Source of the DNA: Staphylococcus epidermidis
GTDB taxonomy: Bacteria; Bacillota_I; Bacilli_A; RFN20; CAG-826
Length of the DNA stretch: 62,617 bases
Reading direction: 5' to 3'
Assembly: GCA_945879785.1 (NCBI GenBank)
Contig: CAMCVC010000001.1
Location: forward strand, 1 to 62,617
A model generated the notes under the pieces. The model did no database searches, had not been told where the DNA came from, and saw nothing but the letters and a program-made list of their open reading frames with translations. A program made the position numbers and the translations under genes. Shown here one piece after another: positions 28,725-37,600 of this stretch. Each line of letters starts with the position of its first letter. Position 1 is the stretch's first letter.

Positions 28725-29342
28725 ATGGTCTCGATCCTGCTTTCAAAAACAAAAGAAGCAGATTTGCCATTGATTCAAGGCGATGTGATTGGCGTTGATC
28801 GTGGTTGTGCGATTGCCTTAAAAAACAAACTTTCTTTAACCATGGCGATTGGCGATTTTGATTCGCTATCTTCAGCTGATTACGCCTTGCTTAAAAAGAG
28901 TGGGACTCCACTAAAAACATTTCCAACAAGTAAAGATAAGTCAGATGCAGAACTCGCAATCGATTGGGCGATTCAACAAGGTTATGAAACCTTGATGGTC
29001 CTTGGCTTTAGCGGTGGGCGTCTAGATCACCAGCAAGCCCTGATTCAAGCGATATTTAAATACAAACATCCAGGTCTTACATTACAAACCCCTGATCAAA
29101 GCATTCAATACTTAAGCAAAGGAATTCATTTGATTCAAAAAGAAAAACCATTTCAAGTTTTCTCTATGTTTACCTTCTCGAAAGCAGTTGTGTCATTAAA
29201 AGGGGCAACTTACCCCATCAACAAAACCACCATCGATGTTGGTTCAATTTACACCTTATCCAATGGGTGGATTAGTCAAGACCCTGCAGAGTTAACGCTT
29301 CACGCTGGAGAAATGTTGCTGTTTCGTTCTCGCTTGTTTTAA
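28725..29342 (+). CDS. thiN: Thiamine diphosphokinase
   Basis: IGVDRG, AIGDFDS, KDKSDAELA and GGRLDHQ. ATG at 28725 lies 2 nt after the upstream stop. An alternative ATG lies at 28713. Confidence 0.8.
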   Translation: MVSILLSKTKEADLPLIQGDVIGVDRGCAIALKNKLSLTMAIGDFDSLSSADYALLKKSGTPLKTFPTSKDKSDAELAIDWAIQQGYETLMVLGFSGGRLDHQQALIQAIFKYKHPGLTLQTPDQSIQYLSKGIHLIQKEKPFQVFSMFTFSKAVVSLKGATYPINKTTIDVGSIYTLSNGWISQDPAELTLHAGEMLLFRSRLF

Positions 29343-29912
29343 TTCAAAAACTCCATAACTTGTGAATGTCCAAATGGTGGTGGTTAATAAAATCATCCGT
29401 TGAAATATACCGCGAATGTCTTGGTTATACAAAATAAAAAATCCCGAAAAAACAAAGGCAAACACCAAGAAGAAGAGGTGACGTAGTTTAAGATTGGGAT
29501 TCTTGGATAAAGCGGCATGAACCGTGATGCTAGCAATCGTTAATAAGTTACTTGCATACGCAATGTAACGATGAATGATGACAATGGTTTCGTTGGCAGT
29601 AAATCCCGTAAGCCCGTCATAACTGGTAGGAAAGACACCCAGTAACAATGTCATCAACCCATTAGAGAATGTTAGAAAAAACAACCATTTGGGTAACGAT
29701 GCGGTTTTCAAATAATAATAAGAAAAAGCCATGTAAGAAGCCCCACCAAGCATAAATCCACTGGTGAGTATCCAAGCATTTTCTACGCCTTGACCGGCAA
29801 GTTCACTCATTGTATGTAGATAAAAGACATACCCTTGTGGACTAAAAAAATGGGCAATCAAAATCATGCTGACAATAAATAGATTGGTGTAACGAATCCA
29901 AGGAAATAACAT
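29292..29912 (-). CDS. Integral membrane protein (DUF998-like)
   Basis: 206 aa with 6 hydrophobic helices. ATG shares one nucleotide with the fabV stop (TAATG). 3' end overlaps the thiN 3' end by 51 nt. Confidence 0.55.
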   Translation of the reverse strand: MLFPWIRYTNLFIVSMILIAHFFSPQGYVFYLHTMSELAGQGVENAWILTSGFMLGGASYMAFSYYYLKTASLPKWLFFLTFSNGLMTLLLGVFPTSYDGLTGFTANETIVIIHRYIAYASNLLTIASITVHAALSKNPNLKLRHLFFLVFAFVFSGFFILYNQDIRGIFQRMILLTTTIWTFTSYGVFELKQARTKQQHFSSVKR

Positions 29913-31105
29913 TACTTTGGTTCCTCTAAACTTAAAGCATCCATGTTCACATCAGCTTCATAGTTGACGGTTGGAATTCTAAATCCATGAATATGGTGAA
30001 ACTCATCGATGAATTGTTTGGTTCCTGCCAGTTGAAAGATCTTGTCGTTTTCATATTGTTTTGCCATCGCATCAATTTCAACTTGAATGTTTGGTTGCAT
30101 TTCATAATGGTCGATACGAATTCGTTTCTTTTCGTCCAACAATCGTTGTTGACCATACACCATATCTTTAAACAAACGATGTTTATGTTGGAGGGTGGAT
30201 TCGTGGACACGATGTTTTTTCATGACTTCAAACATGGTGGATACATAAAAAGCGATCTTGGGAATAAAGACACTGGCTTTGGTGACGACAGCCTTGGACA
30301 CAGAAATAAGTCCTTCGCCTTTGATTTTGGTTTTTAATAGCCGATCAATTTGAACACCGGCTGCCTCTAAATCATCTTTGGCTCTACCAATCGTGCCATC
30401 GCGGTAAATCTTCGCATTGTTTTTACTACCAATATAAGTATAAGAGATGGCTTTTGCGCCTTCATTCAATAAGTTTTCTTTCACCAATTGTTGAACCCAA
30501 TCGAGCCAATCACTGCCACCCATGACAAAGACGGTGTCTTTGATTTCTTGTTCGGTTGCTGGCGTCACGGTGATATCTTTGATTTGCATGTCGCCGATAT
30601 CAATGGTTTTTCCAGTTGCCGGTTCACCAATGGTTTTTAAACTTGAACGTACGAGTTCACCTGTGGCAGGATTTTGCCGTGCGCCTGCGGCAAGGGAATA
30701 GACGATTAAATCTAATTTGCCAAAGGTTGTTTTGATGTAATCTTTGACTTGTTGTTTCATCTCTTGGGAAAAGGCATCGCCGACAAAGTCCTTATGAATT
30801 TTTTTGTTCTTGGCGAGAGCTTTTTGAAAATAAATATTGTTCCACCAACCCGCCGAACCAGTTCGTTCAGCTTTGGGTCTAGATTCAAACGAAACGTTGA
30901 TGGTTTCTGCGTTGGCGTTGACCGCTAAAGTCACACGAGTGGATAACCCGTAACCAGAAGAACCACCAATGATGAGAACTTTTTTTGGCCCTTGAAAAGA
31001 AGGTAAGGTTTTTGCTTCTGCAATTAATCCTTCCACATAATGTTGACAGCCAATGGGATGGCTATTTGTAAAAATATTGCCGCGAATGCTTGGTTTAATG
31101 ACCAT
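29912..31105 (-). CDS. fabV: Trans-2-enoyl-ACP/CoA reductase (NADH), FabV family
   Basis: 397 aa. N-terminus MVIKPSIRGNIFTNSHPIGC and GGSSGYGLSTRV are hallmarks of FabV/TER. Confidence 0.85.
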   Translation of the reverse strand: MVIKPSIRGNIFTNSHPIGCQHYVEGLIAEAKTLPSFQGPKKVLIIGGSSGYGLSTRVTLAVNANAETINVSFESRPKAERTGSAGWWNNIYFQKALAKNKKIHKDFVGDAFSQEMKQQVKDYIKTTFGKLDLIVYSLAAGARQNPATGELVRSSLKTIGEPATGKTIDIGDMQIKDITVTPATEQEIKDTVFVMGGSDWLDWVQQLVKENLLNEGAKAISYTYIGSKNNAKIYRDGTIGRAKDDLEAAGVQIDRLLKTKIKGEGLISVSKAVVTKASVFIPKIAFYVSTMFEVMKKHRVHESTLQHKHRLFKDMVYGQQRLLDEKKRIRIDHYEMQPNIQVEIDAMAKQYENDKIFQLAGTKQFIDEFHHIHGFRIPTVNYEADVNMDALSLEEPK

Positions 31106-31299
31106 GAGTGATTCTCCTTAGGACTGAACTAATTTTACTCCAAATCGGTAAAAACCGGAAAAGAAAAAAGGCCTTAGTTAATATCGGTCTTTTCATCAAT
31201 TAATATGGGATAAGTTATTAACATGGTTTCAAAAGGTGTGACCTTTTTTGAAGACGCTATAAACCTAATAAAAAGATCAAAGCAAAAGTAACAACGCCA

Positions 31300-31806
31300 C
31301 TATTTGGAATCAAGAGGATGTTTAGATTCTTCACCATCAAGCGACTCATTTTCTTCGTCAATGACGGTTTCCACAAGTTGAAAAGCTTTCATTAAGGCTT
31401 TGACATCAAAGACGCTTAGTTTTCCCACGCTTTTGCTTAGGATTCGTTCGGTAAACTGAAAAGATCGTTGGTTTGAGGCGATTCCTTTCTCAGTTAGTTC
31501 TAAGAAAAAAATTCGGTTATCTTCAGGGTTAAGTACTTTTTTAAGGTATCCTTTACGAATTAATGATTTGACTGAGCTAGAAATAACAGGTGCCGAGACT
31601 TGAAGATACTTGGCAATATTCATGACCGTATGATCATTGTTTTTTTTCATTCTCTCTAAGAACCCAAGCAATAACATTTCCCGAATGGTGAGTTTGTTTT
31701 GGGAACGAATTCTTAATGAACGTTCCATCAGTAAATAAGACTGAAAATAAAATTTTAAGAACAATTCTCGAAACGTATCCCCAAAGATTTTAAACATCCT
31801 ATCCAT
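31300..31806 (-). CDS. MarR family transcriptional regulator
   Basis: 168 aa. Winged-helix region TVMNIAKYLQVSAPVISSSVKSLIRKGYLKK...DNRIFFLELTEKG. Lies upstream of fabV on the same strand. Confidence 0.8.
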   Translation of the reverse strand: MDRMFKIFGDTFRELFLKFYFQSYLLMERSLRIRSQNKLTIREMLLLGFLERMKKNNDHTVMNIAKYLQVSAPVISSSVKSLIRKGYLKKVLNPEDNRIFFLELTEKGIASNQRSFQFTERILSKSVGKLSVFDVKALMKAFQLVETVIDEENESLDGEESKHPLDSK

Positions 31807-31852
31807 ATGTTAACAAATTTTCATAAAAAAATTGTGAAGGAGTGGTGAATGT

Positions 31853-32806
31853 ATGTTGATCGTAACAATTAGGGGTTTGGTTTATAATAATTACATGAAC
31901 CATTTAAAACTATATTCCCGATTTCTCATGCTGAATCCTGCGCAAATTGCCCAATTGAATCAACTTGGGGTCGAGGTAAGTAAGACCTTAGAACCTGACG
32001 TGAATGCGATCTTTACGGATCAATTCTTTATTGAAACCAACATTGATCAATTACCACCCTTGCAGTATTTACAAGTGGCAACCTCGGGACTTGATCAAAT
32101 TAACCTCAACCACCCTAAACTTGCCAACACCGTGGTCAGTGGATCTCGTGGGGTCTTTAATAAACCGATGGCAGAATATGTCTTAGGGCATGTGTTATCG
32201 ATCTATCATAACCATCGTTTTTTTGCTCAAACACAAAAAGTCCAACAATGGCGTCCATCTCGTCACTCAGAAGAATTAAATGGGAAGAAGATGGCAATCA
32301 TTGGCCTTGGTCAAATTGGACTTCAAATTGCGAAAACCTTTTCTTTCTTTGGCGTGAAGGTCGATGCATTTAATCGTAGTGACGTTGATTCCATTTACAT
32401 CCAACAACGTTATCCTCTCACTGAATTAAAAGATCGATTATCTCAATACGACATCGTGGTGGTCAGCCTAGCCCTCAACCAAGATACCTTGATGATGATC
32501 AATCGTGATGTCTTGGCTCAACTCCATGCGAAAGCCATCTTTGTCAACATTGGTCGAAGTGAACTATTGGATGAAGTCGCCATGATCGATTTATTAAAAG
32601 ATAAAAAGATTCGTTATGCGGTTCTTGATACGTTCTCAAAAGAACCATTACCCAAAGATCATCCCTTTTGGACTTTGGATAACGTGATTGTCACCCCACA
32701 TATCTCGTTTACATCGATACAAAATCTAGACAGAATGTTCCAAGCGCTTTTGACAAACTTACAACTGTATTTACAAAAAGAACCTTTAATTAATCAATTT
32801 AAATAA
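31853..32806 (+). CDS. D-isomer-specific 2-hydroxyacid dehydrogenase family protein
   Basis: 317 aa. NAD-binding motif IIGLGQIGLQIA, NIGRSELLDE and VIVTPHISF. Start is uncertain: ATG at 31853 with GAAGGAG 10 nt upstream, or ATG at 31895. Confidence 0.75.
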   Translation: MLIVTIRGLVYNNYMNHLKLYSRFLMLNPAQIAQLNQLGVEVSKTLEPDVNAIFTDQFFIETNIDQLPPLQYLQVATSGLDQINLNHPKLANTVVSGSRGVFNKPMAEYVLGHVLSIYHNHRFFAQTQKVQQWRPSRHSEELNGKKMAIIGLGQIGLQIAKTFSFFGVKVDAFNRSDVDSIYIQQRYPLTELKDRLSQYDIVVVSLALNQDTLMMINRDVLAQLHAKAIFVNIGRSELLDEVAMIDLLKDKKIRYAVLDTFSKEPLPKDHPFWTLDNVIVTPHISFTSIQNLDRMFQALLTNLQLYLQKEPLINQFK

Positions 32807-33236
32807 GTTTCATCTTTTCGTAGTCTTTGATGAGGGCTTCCACTTTTAATTGAATGAGATCCCGGATAGGTCGGATTGCCTTTAACTTTTCTTCTGGTGT
32901 GCCAGGCAAACTCGAAGGATCAGTTAAGTCCCAATTAAGAGAAATTTTGGTGCTTGGAAAAATGGGGCATCGTTGCCCGTTTAAGGCATCACAAACTTTG
33001 ACAACAATCTCATAGCGTTTCCCTTGTTGAAAAAAATCAAAGACCGATTTGGTTGGATTCTTTGAAATATCGTAACCGAGCTCTGCCATCGCTTTGACTG
33101 CGATAGGGTTTAATTTTCCAGCTTCTAAACCGGCACTTTCTGCAACAAATTTTCCTTTACCAAGGCGGTTAAGAAATGCTTCTGCCATTTGACTACGTGC
33201 GGAGTTATGAATACAAATGAATAATACGCGGATCAT
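32799..33236 (-). CDS. arsC: Arsenate reductase, thioredoxin-coupled LMW-PTP type
   Basis: 145 aa. CX5R loop FICIHNSARSQMAE and downstream Cys pair VCDALNGQRCPIFP. Confidence 0.8.
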   Translation of the reverse strand: MIRVLFICIHNSARSQMAEAFLNRLGKGKFVAESAGLEAGKLNPIAVKAMAELGYDISKNPTKSVFDFFQQGKRYEIVVKVCDALNGQRCPIFPSTKISLNWDLTDPSSLPGTPEEKLKAIRPIRDLIQLKVEALIKDYEKMKLI

Positions 33237-33340
33237 AAATGTCCTCCTTAAAAATTATAAGGAATAAATTGGTTACGTTTGTTAACGTTCTGTATAGTTT
33301 CTGTAAAATGAGGTTATCTCATTCATGATAAAATTAACTT

Positions 33341-33970
33341 ATGAAAAAATGGATTGATTTTAAAACCTGGCCACGTTATCAACATTATCAATTTTTTCAA
33401 TCCTACGAAATCCCTCGATATAACATGACCTTCCCAATCGATGTGACCAACCTTTATCAAGCGTGCAAAACAACCAACCAACGATTCTATTTTGCCTTCA
33501 TGCATCGAATCATCACCCAACTCAATTTGATTGAAAACTTTAGATATCGAATCGAAGGTGGAAAGGTGTTTGATGAACCGATTGGATTTGTTTCTTTTAC
33601 GGATTTAATTGAAAACACGGATTTATTTAAAATGGTTTTCGTTAAAGTTAATCCTGATCCAGTGGCCTTTGAACGTGAATCTGTTGATGCATCCAAGCGC
33701 CAAGGATCCAAACTGATTAATCTTGAAACAGAACAAGTATTAAACACGATTTATGTTACATCATTCCCTTGGGCTCAATTTACTCATTTTACGCATGCCA
33801 CAAAACTTGGATCTACCGATTCGGTACCAAGAATTAGTTGGAGTCAGTTTGTGAACACTAACGGAAGAAAAATACTCAATTTATCTATTGAAGCTCATCA
33901 CGGATTGGTGGATGGTATTCACTTAGGAACATTGATCAACCATCTTCAAGCTGATTTAAACAATCTTTAA
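33341..33970 (+). CDS. Chloramphenicol acetyltransferase (type A CAT) family protein
   Basis: 209 aa. N-terminal WPRYQHYQFF...NMTFPIDVT and catalytic region SIEAHHGLVDGIHLG (compare HHAVCDGFH). No obvious SD. Confidence 0.65.
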   Translation: MKKWIDFKTWPRYQHYQFFQSYEIPRYNMTFPIDVTNLYQACKTTNQRFYFAFMHRIITQLNLIENFRYRIEGGKVFDEPIGFVSFTDLIENTDLFKMVFVKVNPDPVAFERESVDASKRQGSKLINLETEQVLNTIYVTSFPWAQFTHFTHATKLGSTDSVPRISWSQFVNTNGRKILNLSIEAHHGLVDGIHLGTLINHLQADLNNL

Positions 33971-34935
33971 CGGCTACCTTTGTCGTAAGGAACACCTTCA
34001 GCTTTAGGGGCTCGAGACTTTTTGCTTGTTAACATTAAGGCACCTAAGGTTGCAATATAGGGAAGGATGGTGAAAAAATATCCCAACGACAAACCATCAA
34101 AAAAAGGAATAAGGGTATATTTCACACTTAAGGCGTTCATTAACCCAAAAAAGATACTTGCGAAAAGAATTTTTTCTGGTTTCCATTGACCAAAAATCAT
34201 GACTGCCAGTGCTAAAAATCCATAGCCACTCACTTGTCCTGAAAACGTCACCGAACTCGAGACCACAAAAACAAGCCCGCCGATTCCAGCGAGTGCGCCT
34301 GACATTAATGTTCCTATCCATCTCATTTTATACACAGGAATGCCAACGGAATCTGCTGCAGATGGATGTTCTCCAACGGCAGATAAGCGAAGACCAAATC
34401 TAGTTTTATATATGACGATGATGGATATAATCGCAATCAGGTAACCGGTAAAACTAAGAATATTAATATCTTGGAATAAGATTTCTCCTAAAATGGGGAT
34501 GTCACCCAATAATGGTATTTTCTGAATATTAAACGTTTGATCAAATGGGATATTTTTCACATCGGTTAATGTTCTAGCAATAAAAATAACCATCGGGGCG
34601 GCAAACAAGTTGATTGCGGTTCCGCCGATCACTTGATTTGCTTTCAAGTTGACCGCTGAGAAAGCAAGTAAGGTAGAGAGAAGAGCTCCACTCATTGCTG
34701 CAATCAGTGCAGCTAGCAACAAAAGTAAACTTGGATTGAAGTCCGGGAATTGACCTTGCATCCAATTGATAAATAGAATTGAGAAGAATGAACCAAACAC
34801 CATCGTTCCTTCTAAAGAAATATTCACCACACCACTTTTTTCCGCAAACATGCCACCTAATGCGGTAATCAAAAGTGGAACTGTAAAAAATAAGGTAGAA
34901 TTCGCAACGATAATGAAGAGTTCAGAAAAGCTCAT
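33967..34935 (-). CDS. ABC transporter permease (BMP/nucleoside uptake system)
   Basis: 322 aa polytopic protein. Overlaps the upstream permease stop. Belongs to the 4-gene operon with the BMP lipoprotein. Confidence 0.8.
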   Translation of the reverse strand: MSFSELFIIVANSTLFFTVPLLITALGGMFAEKSGVVNISLEGTMVFGSFFSILFINWMQGQFPDFNPSLLLLLAALIAAMSGALLSTLLAFSAVNLKANQVIGGTAINLFAAPMVIFIARTLTDVKNIPFDQTFNIQKIPLLGDIPILGEILFQDINILSFTGYLIAIISIIVIYKTRFGLRLSAVGEHPSAADSVGIPVYKMRWIGTLMSGALAGIGGLVFVVSSSVTFSGQVSGYGFLALAVMIFGQWKPEKILFASIFFGLMNALSVKYTLIPFFDGLSLGYFFTILPYIATLGALMLTSKKSRAPKAEGVPYDKGSR

Positions 34936-36008
34936 TTTTTCTTACCTCCAACGTTTAACCATTTCATCACTGTATCTTTTACAAGCATGGCCATTGCTGA
35001 TGTATAAATGATGGCGGCAATTATCACGTCGATAATTTCTACTTTGATACCGAGGAGTTGCATAAAATAACCACCACGTTGGATGAAGGAAATAAAGAAA
35101 GCAGATAGAACAATCCCAAATGGATGGGATTGGCCAAGTAGGGCCACGGCTATCCCATCAAAACCAGCAGACATTAATTCATTACCAACGGAATATTGAT
35201 TACCACTATTGATCGATCCTTTACCTAAAAAATAAAGTGCGCCAGCGGCACCAGAAAGAGCACCCGCAACCACCATCGATAAAATGACACTTCGATTTTC
35301 TTTAATCCCACTGTATTTTGCTGCATACCGATTTGAGCCAACGGCCTGAAGTTCAAAACCAAATTTAGTTTTGTATAAAACAAAGTAGATTAATAATGAA
35401 AAGCCTAATGCAAGGATAATGCCAAAATCAATTGAAGACCTTTCAAAGATGTCACGAAGAAAGGTGGTAGGAATGTAGGCGTTCAGGTCGATGGGCCGCG
35501 TTTTTGAAAAGGCAACGTTAAACAAACTTTCATCACCTTGAATCCATAAATTGACAGTGTGCATGCCAATATAATTCAGCATGATGGAGGCAATGACCTC
35601 GTGAACATTAAAGTAAGCTTTAAGTAGGCCAGGAATCAAACCCCATAAACCTCCGAAAATCATTGCAGCGATAAACGCACCAACCCATTGAAGGGGTCCT
35701 AAAAAGTCTCCATGAATACCAACAAAAACACCAGCAAACATTCCCATTGTATATTGCCCAGTTGCGCCAATATTAAATAAGCCTGTCTTGAAAGCAAAAC
35801 CAACAGATAAGCCCGTGAGGATTAATGGGCCTGTTAAAAATATCAAATCACCAAACCTTCTGAGGAAGTCGTTTGTCAACCATCCGCCAATCATCGTCAC
35901 AAATCCAGGAAATGCAGTCATTGGATTGGCAATAATCATGATTACTAAACCAAACATTAACCCTAGAAGGATAGCAATGATTGATGAAAACAATCCTTGG
36001 AATTTCAT
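34932..36008 (-). CDS. ABC transporter permease (BMP/nucleoside uptake system)
   Basis: 358 aa polytopic protein. 4-nt overlaps with both neighbouring genes. Confidence 0.8.
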   Translation of the reverse strand: MKFQGLFSSIIAILLGLMFGLVIMIIANPMTAFPGFVTMIGGWLTNDFLRRFGDLIFLTGPLILTGLSVGFAFKTGLFNIGATGQYTMGMFAGVFVGIHGDFLGPLQWVGAFIAAMIFGGLWGLIPGLLKAYFNVHEVIASIMLNYIGMHTVNLWIQGDESLFNVAFSKTRPIDLNAYIPTTFLRDIFERSSIDFGIILALGFSLLIYFVLYKTKFGFELQAVGSNRYAAKYSGIKENRSVILSMVVAGALSGAAGALYFLGKGSINSGNQYSVGNELMSAGFDGIAVALLGQSHPFGIVLSAFFISFIQRGGYFMQLLGIKVEIIDVIIAAIIYTSAMAMLVKDTVMKWLNVGGKKK

Positions 36009-37537
36009 GATTTCATTCCACCCGACATATATAAACCAATCGCTTCCTTTGAAGTTTCTTTTGGCAGTAATTCTGCCACAATTCTTCCTTCAAAGATAAC
36101 GAGAATCCGGTCTGATAACTTCATGATTTCATCAAGTTCAAGTGAAACAAGAAGAATTGCTTTACCTTGCTCACGTTGGGCTAAAAATTGGGAGTGGATA
36201 TATTCAATCGCCCCAACATCCAATCCTCTTGTCAATTGAACAGCGAGCATGACATCAGCATTACTATCAATTTCACGTGCAATGATTGCCTTTTGTTGGT
36301 TGCCGCCACTAAGACTCCTGGTCAATGAATGGATTCCTTTACCAGAGCGAACATCAAATTTTTGAATTAAATGACTTGCTAATTCTAACCATTTTCTTTT
36401 TTGGATGATGCCGTTTTTTTGATAGGGATCACGATGATATTTTTTCAATGCTAAATTTTGATACAAAGGGTGATCTAAAATCAATCCAAATCTGTGACGA
36501 TCTTCAGGAATGTGCGCCAAACCTAAATCATTACGGTATCGAACGGATTGATGAGTCACATCTTCATTTTTTAAAAATATTTTTCCTGAAGTTGCTTGCA
36601 ATAATCCAGCGATTAAATAGGCAAGTTCTGATTGCCCGTTGCCTTCAATACCAGCCAATCCTACGATTTCACCCTTTTTAACAGAAAAAGATAAATGATT
36701 AACCACTGCTTTTTTTGTTCTAGGTGAAAGGTAGGTTAAATCGCGAATTTCTAAACCGGCTTCCCCAACCTTAACAACAGCCTTTTCAATTTCAAAAGAG
36801 ATTTCTCTACCCACCATTAAGTTTGAAAGTGCTGCTGGATTGGTTTCTTTAGTCCAGAGTGTGCCAACAGATTTTCCTTTTCGCAAAACGGTGACTCGAT
36901 CAGAAACCGCCATAATTTCATTGAGTTTATGTGAGATAAACAAAATGGATTTTCCTTCTTTTTTTAAGTCGTTAAGAATTTTAATTAACTCATCAATTTC
37001 CTGAGGTGTTAATACAGCGGTAGGTTCATCAAAAATAAGAATTTCGTTCTTACGATAGAGCATCTTTAAAATTTCAACCCGTTGTTGCATCCCAACAGAA
37101 ATATTCTCAATTTTTGCATCCACATCAATCGCTAGTTTATATTGGTTTGATAATTCAACAATCTTTTTTCTTGCTAATTTACGATCAATAAAAATACCAT
37201 TCATGGGTTCGCTGCCTAAAAGAATGTTGTCTAGAACCGAAAAAACTTCCACCAATTTAAAGTGCTGGTGGACCATGCCGATGCCATATCGATTGGCGTC
37301 ATTTGGGTTTTTAATGTTTATCACTGAACCATATTTTTTGATTTGGCCACTCTCAGCAGTGTACAAACCAAAAAGCACGCTCATTAAGGTAGATTTACCT
37401 GCTCCATTTTCACCTAACAAAGCATGGATTTCACCTTTTTTTAATTCGAGATTGATTTGATCATTGGCAACAATACCAGGAAAAATCTTGGTAATATTGA
37501 CCATCGAGATGATTGGCTTAATTTGTTGATCGATCAT
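36005..37537 (-). CDS. ABC transporter ATP-binding protein with duplicated ATPase domains
   Basis: 510 aa. ITKIFPGIVANDQINL, GENGAGKSTL, and a second domain with LSGGNQQK. RbsA/NupO-like. Confidence 0.85.
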   Translation of the reverse strand: MIDQQIKPIISMVNITKIFPGIVANDQINLELKKGEIHALLGENGAGKSTLMSVLFGLYTAESGQIKKYGSVINIKNPNDANRYGIGMVHQHFKLVEVFSVLDNILLGSEPMNGIFIDRKLARKKIVELSNQYKLAIDVDAKIENISVGMQQRVEILKMLYRKNEILIFDEPTAVLTPQEIDELIKILNDLKKEGKSILFISHKLNEIMAVSDRVTVLRKGKSVGTLWTKETNPAALSNLMVGREISFEIEKAVVKVGEAGLEIRDLTYLSPRTKKAVVNHLSFSVKKGEIVGLAGIEGNGQSELAYLIAGLLQATSGKIFLKNEDVTHQSVRYRNDLGLAHIPEDRHRFGLILDHPLYQNLALKKYHRDPYQKNGIIQKRKWLELASHLIQKFDVRSGKGIHSLTRSLSGGNQQKAIIAREIDSNADVMLAVQLTRGLDVGAIEYIHSQFLAQREQGKAILLVSLELDEIMKLSDRILVIFEGRIVAELLPKETSKEAIGLYMSGGMKS

Positions 37538-37549
37538 AATTTCATTTTA

Positions 37550-37580
37550 GAAAAAACACAGGGTGGATGCCACCCTGTGT
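37550..37580 (-). terminator. Intrinsic terminator/attenuator hairpin between the BMP lipoprotein gene and the ABC ATPase gene
   Basis: Perfect 11-bp stem ACACAGGGTGG / CCACCCTGTGT with a 3-nt loop, followed on the minus strand by TTTTTT. Confidence 0.7.
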
Positions 37581-37600
37581 CCTTTAAAACTCAAATTAAA

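Noticed and set aside
31231-31247. Terminator after marR
   Set aside because: The stem is only 7 bp and AT-rich with a 3-nt loop. The T tract lies on the plus strand, where no gene ends. This is too weak to call.
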